From an uncultured Pseudomonadota bacterium (lineage in GTDB: Bacteria; Babelota; Babeliae; Babelales; RVW-14): 62,079 nt of DNA. The stretch lies in the NCBI GenBank assembly GCA_964388745.1, contig CAYMBP010000002.1, forward strand, positions 20,854-82,932, given 5' to 3'. Numbering within the stretch: the first letter of the stretch is position 1; the number at the start of each line of letters is the position of its first letter. The position numbers were made by a program, and so were the translations under genes. The notes under the pieces are model-generated. The model ran no database searches and was not told where the DNA came from. It saw only the letters and a list, made by a program, of their open reading frames with translations. This document shows, piece after piece, positions 8,830 through 18,362 of this stretch.

Positions 8830-10410
8830 TTACCCCTTATCCGTTCGATGCAAAAATTCGAGAATTGCGCAATTCAGTATTAGTCCAAGCCCTATGCACA
8901 AGCTACTGGTCAACCATACTCCAAGAGAGGTAATCAACTGTCCTGCAATAAAAAACATGAACGCTGAAACGGCAATACCGGAAGCACAAAAAGTCACTTG
9001 TGCCTTAATCAAATCTAAATGATAAGATCCCGAGCTTGCGGCAGACATCAGCATGATATCAGCAATGGGTGAGCAATGATTTGCAACCAATGCACCAGAA
9101 ATAAGAGACCCAATAATCGGCATAAGCATTGGCACGACTTCAACGGCAACCGGCAAGTCGGTTTGAATAAAGGTTGCCAACATGGGCAATGCGATGGAAA
9201 CCAAAATACCAATCGCTCCCCACGCCGTCCCCATAAGCGTTGAAATAATCCCTCCAACCACAAAAAACATCAATGGCAGCAACACCAGCGGCAACTTACC
9301 AAGTAACAATGAAGCCAGGTAATGACCGGTTGCTAAGTCAGATTTTAATAATGAACTCATCGTCCAAATAAGGATCAATACCATTACCGACGGGCCGGTG
9401 GCAGCAATGCCATCATAAACAAGACGCAGCAAAGCGCGACGTTTTATTAATTTTCTTATGCGATAATAACATGCCGTCAACACTACCGTTACCAGACTAG
9501 CACCACATAACACAAGCGACATCATGCCTGTTCCATGCCAATAAACACCAAGCATCACTGAAATAAAAATAAGCAGAAGGGGAAAAATAAAGTCACTCAA
9601 TCTCGTCCGTTCATGAGCATAATTTTTTTTAGATCGCTCAATCACAGGCATTTTTCCTCCAAATAAATTACCCGTTTTTTTTACTTCTTGAGCATGCCTC
9701 CTTAAAATACCAAATGAAAGCCGACGTAATAAAAAATACCAAAGCGACCCTATTTGAATAAATGAATAAAAAACAAAAGGAATAGAACTCAAAAAGAGAG
9801 TAAATGAAGATGCATTAACCAAAGCCCCATCAACAGCGGCTGTGGTTACTCCCGCCTGACGAAGCTGAATGACCAAATCAGCTACCCAACTTGAAACAGG
9901 AACAATAACTGCCAAGGGTGCCGCAACAGTGTTAATAATAAGTCCGAGACGAATTCGAGGAATAAAAAATTGATCAGTAATTGGCCTCATAACCGAACCA
10001 ACTGTTAAGCTATTAAAATAATCATCTACAAAAAAAAGATGTGTCATCATCATAGTTGACAATTCAACATTACGCGCATTACTCAACTTTTTACGTATCA
10101 TCCTACCATACGCAAAAGCAGCGCCAGAAGAGGTAACCAATTCAATAAGAATCCCAAAAAATATAAGAAATATACAAATGAAAAAATAGTTAGCGGTTAA
10201 CAGCGTTTCCCACGAACGCAATAATCCAAGCTCAGATACCTCCCACATCCGTTTTACAATTAAATTAAAGGCCGCAACAGGAGAAAATTCTTTGACAATA
10301 AGTGCTGCTGAAATTATGCCAAAACCAAGCGATGTAGTAATCTTGCGTGTTACTGAGGCATAAAAAATTACAATAATCGGGGGAAGAAGCACTAACCAAC
10401 CGTTTTCCAT
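8830..10410 (-). CDS. NhaC-family Na+/H+ antiporter-like polytopic membrane transporter
   Basis: About 12 hydrophobic segments. The NhaC-like N-terminus is MENGWLVLLPPIIVIFYASVTRK. I chose the ATG at 10410 (AAGGTG lies 9 nt upstream) rather than the ORF-track start at 10560, which would run across the divergent gene. Confidence 0.55.
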   Translation of the reverse strand: MENGWLVLLPPIIVIFYASVTRKITTSLGFGIISAALIVKEFSPVAAFNLIVKRMWEVSELGLLRSWETLLTANYFFICIFLIFFGILIELVTSSGAAFAYGRMIRKKLSNARNVELSTMMMTHLFFVDDYFNSLTVGSVMRPITDQFFIPRIRLGLIINTVAAPLAVIVPVSSWVADLVIQLRQAGVTTAAVDGALVNASSFTLFLSSIPFVFYSFIQIGSLWYFLLRRLSFGILRRHAQEVKKTGNLFGGKMPVIERSKKNYAHERTRLSDFIFPLLLIFISVMLGVYWHGTGMMSLVLCGASLVTVVLTACYYRIRKLIKRRALLRLVYDGIAATGPSVMVLILIWTMSSLLKSDLATGHYLASLLLGKLPLVLLPLMFFVVGGIISTLMGTAWGAIGILVSIALPMLATFIQTDLPVAVEVVPMLMPIIGSLISGALVANHCSPIADIMLMSAASSGSYHLDLIKAQVTFCASGIAVSAFMFFIAGQLITSLGVWLTSSLCIGLGLILNCAILEFLHRTDKG

Positions 10411-10500
10411 AGTAAAAACACCTTTCTTTAACGATAACTTTGCCTCAATCATTATGATTAGGGTATAATGACAAGTAACTGTTTTTTTACAAACTAAAGG

Positions 10501-10971
10501 ATGTGTGTGAATACACGTATTAAAGATATTATAGCAACAGTAATTCCTGATGAACACCATTGGAAAATAACTTTACTAGAAAAGTGGCCCCTCTTACTTG
10601 GCCCACTACATGAACACATTAAGATAGAAGTCATCAAAGAACACGTTCTCATTGTATCCGCATCACATCCTGCCTGGGGACAGGAGCTCACCTATCTTAT
10701 ACCAATTTTAAAAGATCAAATCAATAAACTGTTAGGTCATATTTATATTGACAAAATTCGCGTTATTGTAAAAAAGAAAAAATCAAAAAAAATTAAACCC
10801 CAGCAAGCCTCTCCACCAAAAAAATTAGCTAAAAGAGCTTTAACATTAAAAGAAAAAACAAAACTAGCAACCATAAGCAACAAAGAACTGCGCACAGCAC
10901 TGTCTCAGTTACTTTCTATCTGCCCTCCCTTATCAGAGGAGTCTCGACGATGTACCAATCAAAAAAAATAA
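10501..10971 (+). CDS. DUF721/DciA-like protein with a Lys-rich C-terminal tail
   Basis: HVLIVSASHPAWGQELTYLIPILKDQINKLLGHIYIDKIRVIV resembles the DUF721 (DciA) core (hydrophobic strand, then W..eL....il..in..lg...i..i.f). The start is uncertain (ATG at 10501 or GTG at 10507). Confidence 0.5.
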   Translation: MCVNTRIKDIIATVIPDEHHWKITLLEKWPLLLGPLHEHIKIEVIKEHVLIVSASHPAWGQELTYLIPILKDQINKLLGHIYIDKIRVIVKKKKSKKIKPQQASPPKKLAKRALTLKEKTKLATISNKELRTALSQLLSICPPLSEESRRCTNQKK

Positions 10972-12614
10972 CCTTACTCATAATTCTTTTCTGCATTCAA
11001 AATGCTCACACTAAAACAAAAAACTCCAACATTGATGACTTGTTACATCAACAACGCATTCGTCACGATACCAAACTTCAACAAGGACCTCTCTCGTTTC
11101 AAGATACTGACCACTCTAAAGATACTCAATCATACCACCATTATTTTATTGCCAATTATAATCACTCATCTGGCAACATTCAACAAGCTTTGCTTCAGTA
11201 TAAAAAAATCCTCACTGAAAATCCTTCAATTTATATATATGAAGGATACCTGAAATTACTCTTTGACGTTGGTCTTTTTGCTCAAGTAATTGATACAATT
11301 GAAAAGAAAAAAGAGCAGATTCAGCCCCTACTTAACAAAAGTGTTGAGCTTCAATTAATTATTGCACAAGCATATTTACACGCAGGAAAAGATGACGAAG
11401 CAAGTACTCGCTTCTCACTTCTTGCCAAAGAATTTCCAAACAACGAACAAGTTGCGTACTATTCAATTATTTCTCTTATGAAAAAAGGCTCTGACGCAAC
11501 AGTTCTTTCTGAGATTAAAAAGCAGCTTGCTAATGAACAACTTCGCTCAAAACATTTTCTTTTTTATTTTCTTGAGTCAAAAATTTACCTACAACAGCGC
11601 AAACTAATTAATGCACAACAGGCGATTGAAAAAAGCCTTGAGCTTTTTCCTAAATTTGAACGAGGCTGGTTGTTCAAAGCTCTTTTAATGGAGCAGCAAG
11701 GCAACATTAACGACGCCATTCACGGGTACCAACGCTTTTTATCACTCGTCGGCCGGGAAGAAAGCATTGAAAAACAGCTCATTCAGCTACTGTTTAGCCA
11801 AGAAAAATATGAAGAAGCTGCTAACTACCTTAAGCGCATTGATAGCGACTCTGCAGAATATTATTTTGATCTTGCACTCATCTACTTCAAGGGAAATAAT
11901 GTTAAAAAAGCCCTTCAAGCAGTTAATCAATCAATCAACAAAGATAGAAACTTTCAACAGGCACGTCTGCTTAAAATAGAAATTCTTGCTCGAAATAATA
12001 AAACAGGCGAGCTCGCGGTCTTTCTTGAAGACTGGATGACTGAAGAGAATTATAATCAAAGCCCTCTTCACGTTCTACTGCTTCTCAAGCAACAACTTCA
12101 CAAATCAAATCACTTTGTACGCGCCCTTGAACATGTTATTAAAAAGGACAAGGGATCAGATGAGCACATTGCTCTTTTAGCCGATCTATACAGCGAATCG
12201 GGCGAACACAAAAAAGCAATTGAGCAGTACAATGCATTATTGAGCAAAAGTAAAGACCAACAGCTCAAAACCCATATTTTGCTCCACATAGCGCACGAGC
12301 AGACCGCGCTCAATCAACACCCACAAGCTGAAAAGACACTTGAAAAGGCCATGAGCCTTAAAAGTGATGACCCTGCCGTTCACAACATGCTGGCTTATCA
12401 CTACGCACACCACAACAAGCGGATTGATGAGGCATTTTCTCTGATTAACAAAGCACTTGAAAAGGCACCACAAGTAGGTCATTATCTTGATACCAAAGGA
12501 TATATCTTATTAAAACAAGGGAATAAGCAAGAAGCGCAAGTATTCTTTAAACAGGCTCTTGAGCTTGACCCGCATGATAACGTTATTCAAGAGCACATTA
12601 AAATGTGTCAATAA
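10950..12614 (+). CDS. Secreted tetratricopeptide (TPR) repeat protein
   Basis: Signal peptide ITLLIILFCIQNAHT. It has repeated 34-aa TPR-like units (e.g. AQAYLHAGKDDEASTRFSLLAKEFPNNEQ and GYILLKQGNKQEAQVFFKQALELDPHD). It overlaps the preceding gene by 22 nt. Confidence 0.75.
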   Translation: MYQSKKITLLIILFCIQNAHTKTKNSNIDDLLHQQRIRHDTKLQQGPLSFQDTDHSKDTQSYHHYFIANYNHSSGNIQQALLQYKKILTENPSIYIYEGYLKLLFDVGLFAQVIDTIEKKKEQIQPLLNKSVELQLIIAQAYLHAGKDDEASTRFSLLAKEFPNNEQVAYYSIISLMKKGSDATVLSEIKKQLANEQLRSKHFLFYFLESKIYLQQRKLINAQQAIEKSLELFPKFERGWLFKALLMEQQGNINDAIHGYQRFLSLVGREESIEKQLIQLLFSQEKYEEAANYLKRIDSDSAEYYFDLALIYFKGNNVKKALQAVNQSINKDRNFQQARLLKIEILARNNKTGELAVFLEDWMTEENYNQSPLHVLLLLKQQLHKSNHFVRALEHVIKKDKGSDEHIALLADLYSESGEHKKAIEQYNALLSKSKDQQLKTHILLHIAHEQTALNQHPQAEKTLEKAMSLKSDDPAVHNMLAYHYAHHNKRIDEAFSLINKALEKAPQVGHYLDTKGYILLKQGNKQEAQVFFKQALELDPHDNVIQEHIKMCQ

Positions 12615-12633
12615 TATACAAGGAGAACTGAGT

Positions 12634-14544
12634 ATGAAAAATTATTACCCCCTTCTACTTGTTTTAATAAGTATTGTTAAGAGTAGCTTTGCTGTAGAAT
12701 TAGCCGGCAACCTTACTACATTACAAACCAATCTCACTGAACTTCAAGAAAAGCTTATAGAGCTAAAAAACTCTTTAACGTCAGTTCAAGAAAAACTGAT
12801 ATATGAAGAGTATGAAAAGATTGATCTTTCAAAAATTAATCAACTTTTTTCAGAAATAAAGCTTGACCCTAAAAAAAATTATATCATTGACAATGACTCT
12901 AGCCCTAAAAACATATATGACACCACAGTGAAAATTGCCGAAAATGAGATTAACAAGATTAGTAGCTATGGAATACACACCGATATCCCAAAGATAATAA
13001 ATAATGCTAAGAGAAATCACTCTACACTCTTAAAACACTCTCCAAGTGATGCTCAAACAACGTATACCAGGATATTGAAAATGGTTATCGATAAAATGTC
13101 AGAGAAAAATCATCAAATGCTTTTTCTCAATGATAAAAAAGAGCCTGAAATTTTGGAAAATAAGATTTTTAACGAAGAGTTACAAAAAAATTCCGTCTTA
13201 CTTTTTTATTTATTGACGAAAATACTAGATAAAGCTTCTAGTATTAATACTTTTTTAGAAAATTATAATCACTACAAGAAAAAATACGACTTTAACCTCA
13301 CATTTTTTGATAAAAAAATGCAAAATCCTTTTATCAAAAAATTTAAAAAACAAACAATAGTGGAAATCTATTCATCTAAGAATTTTTCTCTAGAAATATC
13401 TCAAAAACTTTTAGCGAACATCAAAGAGTGTGGCTTATATAACAATCAGACCTTTGGTCAGCAAAGTTTAGATAAAGCCCAACCTGAAAAATTTAATTTT
13501 TATCCTGCCCATATATTGCTCGACACATTAACAAGAAATATAAAAGCTAACATTAAAGAAATGGTTGATAATGTAATAAAACATATACAAGATGACTGGA
13601 ACCTTACTCTTTCTTGGAATGATTCTCCCTCTATCGTTCAGGGAAACAACATATCAATTAATGAAATAGTTAAAACATTTTATCCTAATATCTCAATTGA
13701 ACCTTTATTAAAACATAATGAAAAAAGAGACTCACATAATAGAAAAGATGAAAATGGCAAATCTATTCCTGTAGAAAGCAAGATCACTCTTACACCCTTT
13801 CGTAATAATTCAGAGAAGGAAACGAAGATATTTAACATTTTTTTCTGGATGCTTGTTGAAAATTTAAATAACAACCCAGAAATTACAGTGCAAAACATTG
13901 AGGCTATTTTTGATTTTTTTGAAAAAAATCACCTTTATGAGGGCATTGCAAACCCTATATTTATAATTGAGACTAACAAGAATAAGAGAAAATCATCTAT
14001 ACACCCGCATAATTATCTCACAAGCATAGAGACTATAAAGAACAATGAAATTATAAAAAAGTTAGTGTTACAAAAGATAAGAATGTTAATAGACCTAGAT
14101 TATAAAAGCGAATTAAGAATGCTCTTCGATGAAAACGTTAAGAAAGGCTATGCAATGCGATATGACAATCCATATCTCTATAAATTCGTTCAATTTTCTA
14201 ATATGGACTCTGTTCCAGACGAACAGCAAGAAGAGAAAAATGAAGTTGACAAAATATTCAACAACATAAGTGATAACACAACCTTTAATCTTTCTACCTA
14301 CTATAAAGGAAATTACTATATATTCCTTAAAAAAGTAACAAAAAAACAACTTAAAACCCTCTATACTGATCAAGATCAAGAAACTTTTTTCAATATTGAC
14401 TTCTTCACAAAAGATGGACTTAAAGATTATAGAAGCACAATCACAACGATCAAAAAGACCATAAAAAAAATCGGAGTCAATTCTGATCATAATAGGGCTC
14501 TCAATCTTGTTAACTTCAATAAATTTACAAATGAGGCCCATTAA
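12634..14544 (+). CDS. Large secreted Asn/Lys-rich hypothetical protein
   Basis: AGGAG at 12621-12625 precedes the ATG at 12634. Signal peptide MKNYYPLLLVLISIVKSSFA, then a coiled-coil LTTLQTNLTELQEKLIELKNSLTSVQEKL. No family recognised. Confidence 0.65.
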   Translation: MKNYYPLLLVLISIVKSSFAVELAGNLTTLQTNLTELQEKLIELKNSLTSVQEKLIYEEYEKIDLSKINQLFSEIKLDPKKNYIIDNDSSPKNIYDTTVKIAENEINKISSYGIHTDIPKIINNAKRNHSTLLKHSPSDAQTTYTRILKMVIDKMSEKNHQMLFLNDKKEPEILENKIFNEELQKNSVLLFYLLTKILDKASSINTFLENYNHYKKKYDFNLTFFDKKMQNPFIKKFKKQTIVEIYSSKNFSLEISQKLLANIKECGLYNNQTFGQQSLDKAQPEKFNFYPAHILLDTLTRNIKANIKEMVDNVIKHIQDDWNLTLSWNDSPSIVQGNNISINEIVKTFYPNISIEPLLKHNEKRDSHNRKDENGKSIPVESKITLTPFRNNSEKETKIFNIFFWMLVENLNNNPEITVQNIEAIFDFFEKNHLYEGIANPIFIIETNKNKRKSSIHPHNYLTSIETIKNNEIIKKLVLQKIRMLIDLDYKSELRMLFDENVKKGYAMRYDNPYLYKFVQFSNMDSVPDEQQEEKNEVDKIFNNISDNTTFNLSTYYKGNYYIFLKKVTKKQLKTLYTDQDQETFFNIDFFTKDGLKDYRSTITTIKKTIKKIGVNSDHNRALNLVNFNKFTNEAH

Positions 14545-14546
14545 TT

Positions 14547-15506
14547 ATGCATAATCACCAGACAAAACCAGACATCATCGTTATCGCATCAGAATCAGGC
14601 GGGCATATTCTGCCCGCTCTCACACTCGCCCAACAAGAACAGGCAAAGGGCAACAGCGTAACTTTTATCTCTGGCTCACACCGACTTGATCACCAACTGG
14701 TTACCGCACAACCCTACCTTAATGCAATCATTCGCCTGAAACTCGCCAAGCGCACCAGCAAGCTCATGCTCCCACTCATCTTTTGCCAACTTATTTTTTC
14801 CTTTTTCAAAAGCTTACGGCTACTCATCCGCCACCGACCTAAAAAAGTTATCTCAACCGGCGGCTTGATTGCCCTTCCCGTCTGCTTTGCCGCAGCCCTA
14901 CTACGTATCCCACGAGACGTACACGAACTCAATGCCGTGCCTGGCATGGCGGTTAACGCCCTACTGCCAACACTCAATTATTTTTACAGTCCCTTTGTTC
15001 ATCATCATCCAAAATGGCGCCAGTCAGAATACCCCCTGAGAAAAGAGATTCTTACCCAACCAAAAAAACCACTTACGCACAACAAACAATTGTGCTTATT
15101 TGTTCAGGGAGGCTCACAAGGCTCGGTCTCATTAAATAACCTTGTTTTACGCTCTCTTGAGCATTATGAAGACAAAGATGCCCTTTTTATTGCCCATCAA
15201 ACAGGTGCTCATGATGTAAAACGCATCATGAGCTGGTATGAGCAGCACAATATTGCCGCTCACGTTTTTACCTTTGAACAAAATCTTGCTTGTTACTACG
15301 CTACTGCAAATCTAATTATCAGCCGTGCAGGGGCTGGATCACTTTTTGAAATTATTGCCTGGAAAAAGCAGGCAATAATCATCCCCCTTGTTGCTGGCAC
15401 CACATCGCACCAAGTTGATAATGCACGAGCAATGGCACAAATATATCCTACACTCATTACGGTTCATCACGGAGAAGAAAAGATCAACATTATCACCCAA
15501 AAGTAA
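14547..15506 (+). CDS. murG: MurG-like UDP-GlcNAc:lipid I N-acetylglucosaminyltransferase (GT28)
   Basis: IVIASESGGHILPALTLA at the N-terminus, GGSQGS, and ISRAGAGSLFEIIAWKKQAIIIPL...HQVDNA match the MurG motifs. At 319 aa it is slightly short. Confidence 0.75.
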   Translation: MHNHQTKPDIIVIASESGGHILPALTLAQQEQAKGNSVTFISGSHRLDHQLVTAQPYLNAIIRLKLAKRTSKLMLPLIFCQLIFSFFKSLRLLIRHRPKKVISTGGLIALPVCFAAALLRIPRDVHELNAVPGMAVNALLPTLNYFYSPFVHHHPKWRQSEYPLRKEILTQPKKPLTHNKQLCLFVQGGSQGSVSLNNLVLRSLEHYEDKDALFIAHQTGAHDVKRIMSWYEQHNIAAHVFTFEQNLACYYATANLIISRAGAGSLFEIIAWKKQAIIIPLVAGTTSHQVDNARAMAQIYPTLITVHHGEEKINIITQK

Positions 15507-15729
15507 ATCATTCTCAAGAATAAGAAAAGTACTGAAGTATAAAAAAATTACTTTTTTGATCATTATTTACTCTTAAATTATCATTTTTAAAAAATCAACT
15601 TCATTACTCAGCAACTAAGGTAAATATATTTTTTTAAAAACAAGTGAAAATGATAGATAATTATGTTATGATTATTTTGGCCAATTTAAAGATAAACCTA
15701 TATCAACAGCTCACTTATAGAGGAATCCC

Positions 15730-16527
15730 ATGTATCCACAGTTGTTTCACCTATACGGTCCAATATGGATTCATAGCTATGGAACTATGATTGCTTTAGG
15801 CTTTGTTCTTTTTCTTGCGGTTTCCTACTATCATCCTCTTCGAGCAAAAATAACATCATCAGATGATTATTTTTCTGTTCTTTTTATAGGTCTTTTAACA
15901 GGCATCATTGGCGGACGAATTGGCTTTGTAGTAACACATCTTGACTTTTTTATACATAACTGGACAGAAATATTTTTATTGTGGACAGGAGGATTTACCT
16001 CACAAGGAGCAATTATCTCAATTGCCTTTGTTGTACCATGGTACTTGCACTATAAAAAGATACCGCTTCTGCCCTTTCTTGATCTTGCTGCAATTCATGC
16101 ACCGCTTTTACAAGCGGTTGGGCGGCTTGGCTGCCTTTTTGCAGGCTGCTGTTATGGCGCATCTGCAGCAGCAACCACACCTCTTGCTGTTATTTTTACT
16201 AATCCAAACGGCTCTGGGCCTCTTTTTACACCTCTTTATCCTATTCAACTCTATACAAGTGTAGCCTCATTACTTTTTTTTATGATGCTATACACACTCT
16301 CTTTCAAGTCTCGATTGCTTCCTGGTCTTCTTGCATTTATATATCTTTTTGCTGAAAGTGGCCTACGATTCACTACCGATTTTTGGCGTGGAGATAGGGA
16401 AAAACTTTATTTTATCAAACATATTTTATTATCACAGTCACAAATTACTTCATTTGTTGTTATGAGTATTTCATGTATAGGAATACTCCTTATTTTTTTC
16501 AATCATTACCGTTCTAGAAAGAACTAA
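15730..16527 (+). CDS. lgt: Prolipoprotein diacylglyceryl transferase
   Basis: IHSYGTMIALGFVLFL, GGRIGFV, GGFTSQGAII and GRLGCLFAGCCYG are Lgt signature blocks. Confidence 0.85.
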   Translation: MYPQLFHLYGPIWIHSYGTMIALGFVLFLAVSYYHPLRAKITSSDDYFSVLFIGLLTGIIGGRIGFVVTHLDFFIHNWTEIFLLWTGGFTSQGAIISIAFVVPWYLHYKKIPLLPFLDLAAIHAPLLQAVGRLGCLFAGCCYGASAAATTPLAVIFTNPNGSGPLFTPLYPIQLYTSVASLLFFMMLYTLSFKSRLLPGLLAFIYLFAESGLRFTTDFWRGDREKLYFIKHILLSQSQITSFVVMSISCIGILLIFFNHYRSRKN

Positions 16528-16541
16528 AGCTTTAAGTACCC

Positions 16542-18362
16542 ATGTCAACTATCTTTGATTACATCAGGCTTCATATTCCGATTCTTGATGTGGTAAGTGA
16601 ATACGTCACACTCAAACCTGCCGGTAGCTACTGGAAAGGCCCATGCCCTTTTCATAAAGAGACCGATGCCTCGTTTACCGTCAGCCCAGATAAAGCAATT
16701 TTTTACTGTTTTGGATGTCAGGCAAGTGGCGACGTCATTGGTTTTATTGCCAAAAAAGAGACGCTCAATCAGGGCGAAGCAGCACAACACATTATAGAAC
16801 AGCGCGGACTTGATGTCCCTCAAGATATTCTCTCACGATCGAACCTTACTAATCATACAGGCAAACGATTAAGTGCATTTTCTTCATGTGACGCTTTTGC
16901 TTTATGGGCAAATGAACAATTTAAACAATCAGTTGTTGCCCAAAATTATTGTAAAAAACGAGGAATTGATCTTGCGAGCGCCCTTTCATTTGGTATTGGC
17001 TATGTACCAAGCGGTAATCGAGCAATCAATAAATGCATTAAAGCTCTTCACTTAAACGGCGGCGTTGTTAACGATCTTATCTCTATTGGAATTTTTTTTG
17101 AAGGCCATAATGGACTTCACTCTCCCTTTGAAGAGCGAATCATCTTTCCAATTAAAGACCATTCAAATAGAGTCTGTGGCTTTGGTGGACGTATTTTTAA
17201 AACTGAAGATACACGAGCAAAGTACTACAATAGTAAAGAATCAGACCTTTTTTCTAAAGGAAAGGTGCTCTTCGGTCTTGATCGAGCAAAAACAAGCATT
17301 CAACAAAAGCAAACTGTTTTTCTTGTTGAAGGATATCTTGACTGCCTCATGATGGTAAGCAATGGATATCATAACACAGTTGCAACCCTCGGCACAGCCT
17401 GCACAATAGATCATCTTAAACTATTAGCTCGCTTTGCAAATAAAGTCTACATCTTATTTGACGGTGATGCAGCAGGGAAAAAAGCTGTCGCTCGACTTAC
17501 TCAGCTCTGCTGGGAAGTAAACCTTGAATTATTTGTCATACAACTTCCAAATAATCATGACCCAGCCTCATTTCTTCAAGAAAATCAAGACCTGACTCCT
17601 TTTATTAATCAGGCTTTAACTATTTTTAGCTTTTTTATAGAAATACAATCTGAAAATTTTTCAAAAAAGCCGCTTGCTGAAAAAGTTGCGGCGGCAGAAA
17701 CAATTGTATCATTAATCACACAAATAGAAGACCCCCTCAAGAAAGACCTTTTGCTTCAAGAGGCAAGTTCAGCAACAAGTATTCCATATAATATACTTAA
17801 AGAAAAATCAATTAAAAGACAAAAGCCAAGAAACTTTACAAAAGGCAATTCACCAGCTAAAATTAATTTGACGACTTCTCAACCAGCAAAGTCAAGTCTA
17901 CATAGCCAGTGTAATGAAACAGCAGCAGATATTCACCGTATTGAAAAGCTTATTTTTGCTCTTATTGTAAGCGGGAATACAAAGAATAAAATATTGGAGC
18001 TTGAAGCAGAGTTGATTCCTCACTTTTCAGAAAAAATTAAATCTTATCTGAAAGCGTGGCAAAAGTTTGTACAAAACAATGCTCATGAAAAATTAACACT
18101 TAGCTCTTTTATTGAGCAAATTGACAAAAATGATCGAGAGTGGCTTTTACGAGCAAGTATGACTTATGAACAAGATGATTTAGAGCTTGTTTTTCGCCAG
18201 CTTGTTGGTCAATTTTGTAAACACAATTGGAAAAACATTATTCGTGATCTCAAAGAACAAATGCACCAAGCGCATAAAGATCAAGATGTAGATCAATTAA
18301 ATAGGTTATTTACAACATTTTCCTCTTTAAAACGGGATATTCAAAGCAGGGGGCTGATATGA
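16542..18362 (+). CDS. dnaG: DNA primase
   Basis: The CHC2 zinc finger is [36 protein letters not shown]. The TOPRIM region is [12 protein letters not shown]...[12 protein letters not shown]. Confidence 0.92.
   Translation: MSTIFDYIRLHIPILDVVSEYVTLKPAGSYWKGPCPFHKETDASFTVSPDKAIFYCFGCQASGDVIGFIAKKETLNQGEAAQHIIEQRGLDVPQDILSRSNLTNHTGKRLSAFSSCDAFALWANEQFKQSVVAQNYCKKRGIDLASALSFGIGYVPSGNRAINKCIKALHLNGGVVNDLISIGIFFEGHNGLHSPFEERIIFPIKDHSNRVCGFGGRIFKTEDTRAKYYNSKESDLFSKGKVLFGLDRAKTSIQQKQTVFLVEGYLDCLMMVSNGYHNTVATLGTACTIDHLKLLARFANKVYILFDGDAAGKKAVARLTQLCWEVNLELFVIQLPNNHDPASFLQENQDLTPFINQALTIFSFFIEIQSENFSKKPLAEKVAAAETIVSLITQIEDPLKKDLLLQEASSATSIPYNILKEKSIKRQKPRNFTKGNSPAKINLTTSQPAKSSLHSQCNETAADIHRIEKLIFALIVSGNTKNKILELEAELIPHFSEKIKSYLKAWQKFVQNNAHEKLTLSSFIEQIDKNDREWLLRASMTYEQDDLELVFRQLVGQFCKHNWKNIIRDLKEQMHQAHKDQDVDQLNRLFTTFSSLKRDIQSRGLI

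Noticed and set aside
10411-10560. 50-codon N-terminal extension of the transporter ORF in the ORF track (start at 10560).
   Set aside because: The extension is Cys/His/Thr-rich and not membrane-like, and it would overlap the divergent 10501 gene. A Shine-Dalgarno sequence plus ATG at 10410 gives the canonical MENGWLVLLPP N-terminus.
12559-12633. Upstream ORF-track start (12559) of the large secreted protein, overlapping the end of the TPR gene by 56 nt.
   Set aside because: AGGAG at 12621-12625 followed by the ATG at 12634 gives a textbook signal peptide. The upstream 25 codons have no such support.
14113-14541. 142-aa minus-strand ORF inside the large secreted-protein gene. Similar long shadow ORFs lie at 36018-36353 (-), 50802-51167 (+), 54641-55027 (+), 15941-16264 (+), 58584-58931 (+), 21231-21542 (-) and 3537-3833 (+).
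   Set aside because: Each lies entirely within a gene that has clear family motifs or better coding character. Their translations are Phe/Ile/Leu/Cys-rich low-complexity strings, typical of the antisense or off-frame of Lys/Glu/Asn-rich AT-rich genes, and they have no Shine-Dalgarno sequence.
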